DNA of 33,785 nt. It comes from an uncultured bacterium. GTDB taxonomy: Bacteria > CAYJRR01. The stretch spans positions 1-33,785 of the forward strand of contig CAYJRR010000042.1 of assembly GCA_964372275.1 (NCBI GenBank). Reading direction: 5' to 3'. A program made the translations under genes and the position numbers. Shown piece by piece: positions 17,043 through 24,780 of the stretch. Every line of letters starts with the position of its first letter. Position 1 is the first letter of the stretch. The notes under the pieces were generated by a model. That model worked only from the letters and a program-made list of their open reading frames with translations. It did no database searches and was not told the DNA's origin.

Positions 17043-17510
17043 ATGTCCGCCCGTTCGGGCTCCATCGGGCCACTCCCCGAACCCCTGTCCTCCCCGCTTC
17101 CGGCGCCGGTTCCGGCGGTGTTCGACAAGGTGCGCGAGGCGTTCGCCGAGGCGCTCGGGGTCGAGGTGGACGAGGTGACGCTCAAGGCCCGGGTGATCGA
17201 CGATCTCGGAGCGGAGAGCCTCGACTTCCTGGACATCGCCTACCGGCTGGAGCAGACGTTCAAGGTCAAGATCCCGCGCGGCGAGATCAAACAGAAAAGC
17301 CAAGAAGGACTCGATCCGACCGAATGGGAGAAGGACGGGCTCCTCACCGAGAAGGCGCTCTCCAAGATCCGCGAAGTGATGCCGGAGGTCGACCCGGCCG
17401 CGGTCCAACCGGGGCTGCGCGCCAAGGACATCCCCCGGCTGTTCACGGTCGAGACCTTCTACCGGATCGTGGTGAAGCTCGTCGAAGAGAGGTCGGCCTC
17501 CGCGAGATGA
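17043..17510 (+). CDS. Acyl carrier protein, long variant with internal insertion (alternative start GTG 17118)
   Basis: VFDKVREAFAEALG...IDDLGAESLDFLDIAYRLEQTFKVKIP, then about 55 extra residues, then LFTVETF. Confidence 0.88.
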   Translation: MSARSGSIGPLPEPLSSPLPAPVPAVFDKVREAFAEALGVEVDEVTLKARVIDDLGAESLDFLDIAYRLEQTFKVKIPRGEIKQKSQEGLDPTEWEKDGLLTEKALSKIREVMPEVDPAAVQPGLRAKDIPRLFTVETFYRIVVKLVEERSASAR

Positions 17511-17848
17511 TCCACGGCGTCGGGGTCGACCTCGTCGATCGCGCCCGTTTCCGCCGCTTCGCGCGCGATCACCGCCGGAGGCTCCGCGGGATCTTCACCC
17601 GCGCGGAGCGCGGGAACCGGCGGCTGGCCGAGGCGTTCTCGTTGAAGGAGGCGACGCTCAAGGCGCTCGGCGGGCTGTCGGGGTTCGAGGTCCGTTGGCG
17701 CGAGATCGAGACCATGGGCCGCGGCGGCCGCGTGCGTCTGGCCGGATCGGTGCGTGCCCACGCCGAGACGTTGGGGGTGCGGTCGGTCCATGGTGCCCTG
17801 GTTCGGCAGCGGGATGCCGTTCTGGCGATGGTGATCGCCGCCGCCTGA
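17507..17848 (+). CDS. acpS: Holo-ACP synthase (AcpS-type phosphopantetheinyl transferase)
   Basis: MIHGVGVDLV...IFTRAE...FSLKEATLKALG; ATGA overlap with the ACP stop. Confidence 0.88.
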   Translation: MIHGVGVDLVDRARFRRFARDHRRRLRGIFTRAERGNRRLAEAFSLKEATLKALGGLSGFEVRWREIETMGRGGRVRLAGSVRAHAETLGVRSVHGALVRQRDAVLAMVIAAA

Positions 17849-17866
17849 GGCAACGGGATCGAACCG

Positions 17867-18910
17867 ATGCGATTCGGTTTCGTCGTCCATCCGCTGAACC
17901 CGGTGCAGCGCGGCCTGGTCGCCGTTCGCACGCTCTCCCCGGCGGCGATCGCCGGAAACGGCGGCGCCGGAGGTCGGGTCGCGACCTTTCACGCGGTGCG
18001 ATCGGCGTGCGGCGCGGAGACGGCCGGTTGCGTTCGCGCGGTTCCGATGCTTCCGGAGGCGATGCTCCGCGAGCAACAGGAGGCCGTCGAGCGCGTGGCC
18101 GTCGCGGTGCGCGCGCTCGCCGAATTCGACCGGGCCGACGTCGTGGGCCTGGGATCGCTGTGCGCGGTGGTGGGACTTCGCGGGGAGGAGGTCGCCAGGC
18201 GCTCGCCGGTGCCGGTGACGACCGGCTCGTCGTTCACCGCCTTCGCGGCGGTGCGCACGCTGGAGCGCACCGCGGCGGCGCTCGGCGAGCGCCTGCACGG
18301 GTCGACGGTGGCGGTGGCGGGCCATCCGGGCGCGTTGGCGGAGGGGATCGGGCGGCTCCTCGCGGCCCGGGGCGCGGACGTCGTCCCGATCGACGGACCG
18401 CGCCGGGGGACGATACCGGCGCCCGACCCCGCCGAGGCGGTGAGGCGGGCCGACTTCGTGGTCGGCGCCTCCTCCACCGGAGACGCGATCGATCCGGCGT
18501 GGCTCGTCCCCGGCTCGGTGGTCGTCGACGTGGCGGAGCCGCGCGACCTGCGCGGGCGGACGCCGGCCGAGGTGCTGGTCGTCGACGGCGAAAACGTCAC
18601 CGCCCCGCCGGACGCCTTCGCCGGAGGCCCCTTCACCCGTCTCTACTCGTTTGTCGTCGGCCACCGGGGCGGAACGGTCTACGCCTGCTTCGCCGAACCG
18701 GTCGTCCTGGCGCTGGAGCGTGAGGCGACCCCTTATTCTCTCGGGCGCACGATCGACGTCGAACGATCGGAGCGGATCGGGCGGCTGGCCGAGCGGCATG
18801 GATTCGTGGTCGACCGGCTGTTGCGCCACGGCCGCCGGGTCGCGCAGGCGTCGATCGACCGGGTCGCCGCGCGCCGCCGATCTGCTACGCTTCGCGAAGG
18901 TTCGCCATGA
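17867..18910 (+). CDS. Acyl-ACP-reductase-like NAD(P)-dependent oxidoreductase (COG5322-like)
   Basis: FGFVVHP; VGLGSL; VTTGSSFT; Rossmann VAVAGHPGALA; VVDVAEPRD; YACFAE (matches the FACFAE catalytic-Cys motif of cyanobacterial acyl-ACP reductase); RHGF. Confidence 0.72.
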   Translation: MRFGFVVHPLNPVQRGLVAVRTLSPAAIAGNGGAGGRVATFHAVRSACGAETAGCVRAVPMLPEAMLREQQEAVERVAVAVRALAEFDRADVVGLGSLCAVVGLRGEEVARRSPVPVTTGSSFTAFAAVRTLERTAAALGERLHGSTVAVAGHPGALAEGIGRLLAARGADVVPIDGPRRGTIPAPDPAEAVRRADFVVGASSTGDAIDPAWLVPGSVVVDVAEPRDLRGRTPAEVLVVDGENVTAPPDAFAGGPFTRLYSFVVGHRGGTVYACFAEPVVLALEREATPYSLGRTIDVERSERIGRLAERHGFVVDRLLRHGRRVAQASIDRVAARRRSATLREGSP

Positions 18911-19485
18911 AACCGCCGCCGGTGAAGGTCGAAGTCGCGGGTCTCCGGATCGATCCGGTGACCAACATGCCGGTCCTGATCTTGGAGGCGCCCGAGACCG
19001 GCGAGCGCCTGCCGGTGTGGATCGGACTGGTGGAGGCGTCGGCGATCGCCACCCGCCTCGAACGGATCGAAACGCCGCGGCCGATGACCCATGATCTTCT
19101 GAAGAACGCGCTCGACGCCACCGGGGCGGCGGTCGTCCGGGTGGAGGTCTCCGAGGTGCGAGGCGACACCTTCCTGGCGGTGGTGGAGCTCGAGGTCGCC
19201 GGACGGAGGGTCGTCGTCGATTCCCGGCCCTCCGACGCCGTCGCGCTCGCGCTGCGCGCCGAGGCGCCGATCTTCATCGCCCGGGCGGTGCTGGAGGCGG
19301 CGAAGGGGACCTCGTTGGCGGCGTGGCCGGTCGCGTCGAGTCCGGTCGACGAACCCCCCGCGCCGGGGTGGTAATCGCTGGAACGACTCCGGGCGCAGGT
19401 GGCCACCGGGGAGCGGCCGGCCGCCGACTGGCTCGAGCTGCTGAAGAGCCTCTCCCCGGAGGACTTCGGCAAGTTCAAGATGTGA
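18907..19485 (+). pseudogene. DUF151 bifunctional nuclease family gene, interrupted by an in-frame TAA at 19372-19374 (nonsense allele or sequence error)
   Basis: PVLIL...LPVWIG..EA..IA...PRPMTHDL...DSRPSDAVALALR; the same frame continues past TAA as SLERLRAQVATGERPAADWLELLKSLSPEDFGKFKM* to TGA 19483-19485. Confidence 0.75.
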
Positions 19486-20012
19486 CCGTGGACGATCCGC
19501 GCCTCCGCCACTTCCGCGGCAAGAGCCCCGTCCTCGGCGACGGGGTCTATCTCGATCCGTCCGCCCAGGTGATCGGCGACGTCGTCCTCGGGGGACGGTC
19601 GAGCGTCTGGATGAACGCGGTGGTGCGCGGCGATGTCCACCCGGTTCGGATCGGGGATCGCACCAACGTCCAGGACTTAAGCCTGGTGCACGTCACCGGC
19701 GGACGGCACGCGACGTTCGTCGGAAACGACGTGACGATCGGCCACCACGTGACGCTGCACGGCTGCCGCATCGGCGATCGGGTGCTGGTCGGCATCGGCG
19801 CGATCGTCCTCGACGGCGTCGAGGTCGGCGACGACACGATCGTCGCGGCGGCGTCGCTCCTCCCGCCGGGCAAGCGCTTTCCGCCCGGGGTGCTGCTGCG
19901 GGGCAGCCCGGCCGCGGTGGTGCGGGATCTCACGCCGGAGGAGCGCGCATCGCTCCGGGCCTCCGCCGAACGGTACGTCGCCTACGCCGACGAGTATCGC
20001 CGCGGAACGTGA
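19482..20012 (+). CDS. Gamma carbonic anhydrase family protein (YrdA/PaaY-like)
   Basis: Hexapeptide repeats; VIGDV, VRGD, NVQD..VH, TIGHHVTLHGC; GTG 19482 overlaps the upstream TGA. Confidence 0.93.
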   Translation: MTVDDPRLRHFRGKSPVLGDGVYLDPSAQVIGDVVLGGRSSVWMNAVVRGDVHPVRIGDRTNVQDLSLVHVTGGRHATFVGNDVTIGHHVTLHGCRIGDRVLVGIGAIVLDGVEVGDDTIVAAASLLPPGKRFPPGVLLRGSPAAVVRDLTPEERASLRASAERYVAYADEYRRGT

Positions 20013-20497
20013 TAGGGTCCGGATTGAAGGTGGGGAAGATCAAGACGCTTCGGGCGAGCTCCTGCTTCCGGGGATTCGAGCCCCGCGAGCTGGCTCTGGT
20101 CGCGTCGCTCCTCGAGGAACGGGAGCTGTTGCCGGGGGAACGCTTCCTCGACGAGGGATCGTCGACCGAGGGCTTGAGCCTCGTGGCCGCGGGGTCGATC
20201 GACCTCCGGACCCGATTGCCGTCGGGGGGCGAGTCGGCGCGGATGGCGATCGGCCCCGGTCGCTCCTTCGGAGAGCTCGCGCTGCTGGGTCGCGGTGGCG
20301 GGGGGGACGGCGGGGGGTTCGTCTCGGCCGCGGCCGGCGGCGAAGGGGCGCGACTCCTGACGTTGCGACCGGAGGCGTTCGACCGCCTGACCCGCGTCGA
20401 TTCCAAGGCCGCGGCCAAGCTGCTCCGGAACCTGCTGGCCGAGTTTGGGCGGGTGGCCCGGGACGCGGCGGAGCCGCTCAAGAAGCTTCTGGGGTAG
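20009..20497 (+). CDS. Stand-alone cyclic-nucleotide-binding domain protein
   Basis: FRGF...EL...PGERFLDEG...LSLVAAG...GPGRSFGELALL; no HTH domain. Confidence 0.8.
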   Translation: MIGSGLKVGKIKTLRASSCFRGFEPRELALVASLLEERELLPGERFLDEGSSTEGLSLVAAGSIDLRTRLPSGGESARMAIGPGRSFGELALLGRGGGGDGGGFVSAAAGGEGARLLTLRPEAFDRLTRVDSKAAAKLLRNLLAEFGRVARDAAEPLKKLLG

Positions 20498-20510
20498 GGG
20501 ACGTGAGCCG

Positions 20511-23231
20511 ATGAACGGTCCGCGTGTTCACGCTCCCGGGGGGACGCCCCCCAACCCCCCCGTGGTCACCGCCACCACGCCGCTGATGCGGCAGTACCTG
20601 TCGATCAAGGGACGGCACACCGACGCCATCCTCTTCTTCCGGATGGGCGACTTTTACGAGATGTTCTTCGAGGACGCCGAGACGGCCGCCCGGGAGCTCG
20701 ACCTGACGCTCACGGCGCGCGACAAGAACGCCGGCGAACGGGTGCCGCTCTGCGGCTTTCCGCACCAGGCGGCGCAGGGGTACATCCACCGCCTGCTGGA
20801 AAAGGGAGACAAGGTCGCGATCTGCGATCAGACCGAAGATCCGAAGGAGTCGCGGCGGTCGGGGAAGGCGATCGTCGAGCGGGCGGTCACCCGGGTGATG
20901 ACGCCGGGCCTGGTGGTGGAGGAGGAGGCGCTGGACAGCCGCGCGCCGTCGTTCCTCGCGTCGGTGGCGCGTCGCGGCAGCCGGCTGGGGCTCGCCTTTC
21001 TCGACATCTCCACCGGGCACCTCGAGGCGACCGAGGTCGACGGAGACACCGACGCGTCGGCCGAGATCGACCGGCTGCGCCCGCGGGAGTTGCTGGTCGC
21101 CGCCGCGCCGAACGACGCGCGCGCGAGCGACGATCCGCTCGCGTCGGCCGCCGCGCGGGCGAACCCGCCGTTGCCGGTGACGCCGCGGCCGGCGCGGGAG
21201 TTCGAGGCCGGCCGCGCGGCCGAACTCCTCAAGGAGCAGCTCGGCGTGGTGACGCTCGACGGCCAGGGGCTCTCGGGGATGGACCTCGCCGTCGCCGCCG
21301 CCGGAGCCGCGCTCGCCTACGCGCGCGAGAACGCCCATGCCTCGCTGGTCCACGTGCGGAGGGTGAAGACGTATCGCCGTGGCGACGACCTCCTCGTCGA
21401 CGAGGCGACGCGGCGAAACCTGGAGCTGTTCGAGGCGACGACCGGCGGCCGGCGCGGCAGCCTGCTCGACGTCCTCGACGGGACGGTGACCCCGATGGGA
21501 GGCCGCCTGGTCCGCGCATGGCTCTCGTCTCCGCTCCGGAGCGTCCTCCAGATCCGCGCCCGACTCGACGCCGTCGAGGCGTTCCTTCGCCATCCGCTCG
21601 AGCGGGAGGGCCTTCGGCGGGAGCTCGCCGCCGTCCACGATCTGCCCCGGATCGTCGGGCGCGTGGCGACGTCGGTCGCCGGTCCCCGCGAGCTCCAATC
21701 GCTGCGCCAGTCGCTGGAGCGGGTGCCGGCGTTGCGCGCGGCCGCCGTCCGGTGCGCGGCGGACGGCATCGTCGAGGCGTCGCGCGGAGGCCGGCTGGAG
21801 GAGCTCGCCTCGGGCCTCGACCCGTGCGAGGACCTGGTCGAGGAGCTCTGGCGCACCCTCTCCGACGAGCCTCCGGTCCGCGTCTCCGACGGCGGCGCCA
21901 TCCGCGACGGCTTCGACCCCGAGCTCGACGAGATCAACGCCCTGGCGCGCGACGCCAAGGGGTGGATCGCCGCGATGGAGGCGCGCGAGCGCGAACGCAC
22001 CGGGATTGGCAGCCTCAAGGTCCGCTTCAACCGTGTCTTCGGCTACTACATCGAGGTCACGACGGCCAACCTCGCCAAGGTGCCCGCCGACTACCTTCGC
22101 AAGCAGACGACGGCGGGGGGGGAGCGCTACTACACCCCGGAGCTGAAGACGTTCGAAGAGAAGGTCCTCCACGCGGAGGAGAAGCGCCTGGCGCTCGAAC
22201 AGCGGATCTTCGAGGGTCTCCGCGCGCGCGTCGCCACCCATGCCGTCGCGATCCTCGGGGTCGCCGCCGCGGTCGCCGAGCTCGACGCCCTCGCCGGGTT
22301 CGCCGAGCGGGCGCAGACCCACGATTGGCACCGGCCGCAGGTGGACGACGGCGACCGCATCGCGATCGAGGCCGGCCGCCATCCGGTGATCGAACGGATC
22401 GGCTTGGCGGAACGCTTCGTGCCGAACGACGTCGTCCTCGACGGGAGCGCGCGGCTGCTGATCCTCACCGGTCCCAACATGGCGGGGAAGTCGACCGTGA
22501 TGCGGCAGACGGCGCTGATCGTCCTGATGGCGCAGGTCGGCTCGTTCGTCCCGGCGGCACGGGCGGAGATCGGCGTCGTCGACCGCGTCTTCACCCGGGT
22601 CGGCGCCTCCGACCTGCTGTCGCGCGGACAGTCGACCTTCATGGTCGAGATGAGCGAGACGGCGAACATCCTCAACAACGCGACCGATCGCAGCCTGGTG
22701 ATCATCGACGAGATCGGTCGGGGAACCAGCACCTTCGACGGAGTCTCCATCGCCTGGGCGGTGGCCGAGCATCTGCACGACACGGTTCGGGCCAAGACGC
22801 TGTTCGCGACGCACTACCACGAGCTGACCGCGCTGGCCCACGCGAAGGCGCACGCCCGGAACTTCCACATCGCGGTGAAGGAGTGGAACGAGAAGATCGT
22901 CTTCCTCCGCACGCTGGTGGAGGGGGCGACCAGCCGCAGCTACGGGATCCAGGTGGCGCGTCTTGCGGGGCTGCCGGAAGGGGTGCTCGCCCGAGCGCGC
23001 GAAGTCCTGGCCGACATGACCGGAACGGCCCCGGCCCCGCGCCTCCCGCACGTCGCGTCGGGAGGAATCCCGGCGGCGAACCCGGAGAACGCCAACGGCC
23101 GCGGCGTGCAAGGGTCGCTCTTCGCGCCGCCCGACGACGCGATCCGCGCGGAGCTTCGGTCGATCGAGATCGATCGGATGACGCCGCTCGAGGCGCTGCA
23201 GACGCTGGCGCGCCTCAAGGAGCGCGCGTAG
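20511..23231 (+). CDS. mutS: DNA mismatch repair protein MutS (MutS1)
   Basis: TPLMRQY; FRMGDFYE; TGPNMAGKST; DEIGRGTSTFDG; FATHYHEL; SYGIQVARLAG; MTPLEAL. Confidence 0.98.
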   Translation: MNGPRVHAPGGTPPNPPVVTATTPLMRQYLSIKGRHTDAILFFRMGDFYEMFFEDAETAARELDLTLTARDKNAGERVPLCGFPHQAAQGYIHRLLEKGDKVAICDQTEDPKESRRSGKAIVERAVTRVMTPGLVVEEEALDSRAPSFLASVARRGSRLGLAFLDISTGHLEATEVDGDTDASAEIDRLRPRELLVAAAPNDARASDDPLASAAARANPPLPVTPRPAREFEAGRAAELLKEQLGVVTLDGQGLSGMDLAVAAAGAALAYARENAHASLVHVRRVKTYRRGDDLLVDEATRRNLELFEATTGGRRGSLLDVLDGTVTPMGGRLVRAWLSSPLRSVLQIRARLDAVEAFLRHPLEREGLRRELAAVHDLPRIVGRVATSVAGPRELQSLRQSLERVPALRAAAVRCAADGIVEASRGGRLEELASGLDPCEDLVEELWRTLSDEPPVRVSDGGAIRDGFDPELDEINALARDAKGWIAAMEARERERTGIGSLKVRFNRVFGYYIEVTTANLAKVPADYLRKQTTAGGERYYTPELKTFEEKVLHAEEKRLALEQRIFEGLRARVATHAVAILGVAAAVAELDALAGFAERAQTHDWHRPQVDDGDRIAIEAGRHPVIERIGLAERFVPNDVVLDGSARLLILTGPNMAGKSTVMRQTALIVLMAQVGSFVPAARAEIGVVDRVFTRVGASDLLSRGQSTFMVEMSETANILNNATDRSLVIIDEIGRGTSTFDGVSIAWAVAEHLHDTVRAKTLFATHYHELTALAHAKAHARNFHIAVKEWNEKIVFLRTLVEGATSRSYGIQVARLAGLPEGVLARAREVLADMTGTAPAPRLPHVASGGIPAANPENANGRGVQGSLFAPPDDAIRAELRSIEIDRMTPLEALQTLARLKERA

Positions 23232-23247
23232 GAACTCGGAGAGAGCC

Positions 23248-24780
23248 GTGGACGGACGATTCGCGATCGCCGGTGGATGGGCCGTGGTGACGGTGTGGGC
23301 CGCGCTGGGGTGCGGCTGCGACGCGAAGGGCGACTCCGGGTCGAAGAGGACGTGGAACGCCGATCTGCAGGCGGCGCCGACCGGTGGCGCGACGGTGGCC
23401 GGCACGCTCCATCCGTCGTCGACGCGGTTGGCGGTGACCTGGTCGGCGGCCGCCGGCGAGGTCGACCATTACGAGGTCGACGCGACCGGATCGGGCCGGA
23501 CGGTGACCGTCGGCACGGCGGGGTCCGCCGTCACGCTCGAGGGTCTCGCATCGGACACGCCGTATTCGATCGGCCTTCGCGCCTGCCTCGATCCCGACTG
23601 CGCCGAGTCGCTCTCCCCGACGCAGGGGACGGTGTCGGCGTCGACCCCCGAAGAGGTCTGGCAGCTGCAGGGGACCGGCAGCGCCGTCCAGACCTTGACC
23701 AAGGTCGTCTCCGACGGAAACGTGAAGATCCATGCCTTCCGCTACGGCGGCGACGCGCCGGCGGGGCTCGCCGGGCGCGTGCAGCTCTACTACGGGCCGT
23801 CCGGGATGTCGGTGAAAGGGCTGACGGTCGGGACGAGCGGCACTGCCGCGACCGAGCAGATCTCGTCGGTCCTTTCGTTCTCGAGCCTGGCCGGCGTCGC
23901 GGGGCTGATCTCTCCGTCCTCCCCGGCGACGCTGGTCTCCGACGTCGCCACCGGACAGGCGGTTCCGCTGTCGGTCCCCCTCGGGTCGAAGGTTCGGCTC
24001 TACTTCGAGGCCAAGGGGGCCGACAACAAGACCCGGATCCTCTATCTCGACAGCCAGGACGGCTACGTCGGACGGGATTTCCATGCCGGCGGCGCGACCG
24101 TGTGCAGCACGGCCGCCGACTACGGTTCCGGGGGCGGGTGCGCCCCGATGGTCGCGATCGGCGTCCAGGGCGATGCGACGAATCCGGCGTCCGGCATCCC
24201 CAACGTTCGTCAGTTCAAGATCGGCGTTCCGACGCTCACCGACTGGCGGTGGGACGGTGCTGCCGGCACCTTCATGGTCTTCACCGTCGACGCGCTCACC
24301 GGCTGCTCGACGGCGTTCGCGAACCAGGGGTACGCGGTCTGGAACGGGACCGCGTGGTCGGTCCAGTACGAGGACGGAGGCTGCCCGAGACTGTTCCAGA
24401 GCGCCCAGGCGGCGATGCCGATGCACCTCGGGGGCGTCCGCTACAAGATGTACTTCGGAAACCCTTCGGACACGACCGGGATCGTGGCCGGTTCGACGCT
24501 GCCGTTTCTCGGCCCGAAACGGATCGTCTACGCGGACGGCGCGCGTTCGGGCGATCCGGCGCGCATCGACTTCGACGACTGGGAGACGACCGCCGAGGCG
24601 CGCGACGTCACCTTCCTGTGGCCGTCCGGGGCGGCGCTGAGCGCCGGCGCCGAGGGCTACATCGATGACTTCGCCTTCCTCGCGCCGACGGCGAGCCTCG
24701 ACTTCCAGGTGGCGTACGTCGCCATCACCGACGGCACGATCGTCCCGTTCACCGCGGCGGCGGTCCTGGTGAACCCATGA
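23248..24780 (+). CDS. Secreted/lipoprotein with an N-terminal fibronectin type III domain and an uncharacterised beta-rich domain
   Basis: Signal with LGCGC; Fn3 pattern LAVTWSA...DHYEV...TLEGLASDTPYSIGLRAC; Ser/Thr/Gly-rich remainder. Confidence 0.65.
   Translation: MDGRFAIAGGWAVVTVWAALGCGCDAKGDSGSKRTWNADLQAAPTGGATVAGTLHPSSTRLAVTWSAAAGEVDHYEVDATGSGRTVTVGTAGSAVTLEGLASDTPYSIGLRACLDPDCAESLSPTQGTVSASTPEEVWQLQGTGSAVQTLTKVVSDGNVKIHAFRYGGDAPAGLAGRVQLYYGPSGMSVKGLTVGTSGTAATEQISSVLSFSSLAGVAGLISPSSPATLVSDVATGQAVPLSVPLGSKVRLYFEAKGADNKTRILYLDSQDGYVGRDFHAGGATVCSTAADYGSGGGCAPMVAIGVQGDATNPASGIPNVRQFKIGVPTLTDWRWDGAAGTFMVFTVDALTGCSTAFANQGYAVWNGTAWSVQYEDGGCPRLFQSAQAAMPMHLGGVRYKMYFGNPSDTTGIVAGSTLPFLGPKRIVYADGARSGDPARIDFDDWETTAEARDVTFLWPSGAALSAGAEGYIDDFAFLAPTASLDFQVAYVAITDGTIVPFTAAAVLVNP

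Noticed and set aside
8866-18910. Calling the cluster aryl polyene, ladderane or aromatic type II PKS
   Set aside because: No acyl-CoA ligase, glycosyl/acyltransferase or exporter (aryl polyene), no radical SAM or desaturase-like genes in the cluster (ladderane candidates), no cyclases (aromatic PKS), and an enoyl reductase is present.
19372-19374. Genome-wide reassignment of TAA
   Set aside because: Only one interrupted gene, and TAA ends the MFS gene at a plausible position (1807-1809).
20478-23405. Long antisense and alternative-frame ORFs (e.g. 20478-23405 minus, 13099-15276 minus, 586-2265 minus, 30618-32606 minus)
   Set aside because: Arg/Pro/Gly-rich shadows of clear genes, expected in high-GC DNA; no motifs.
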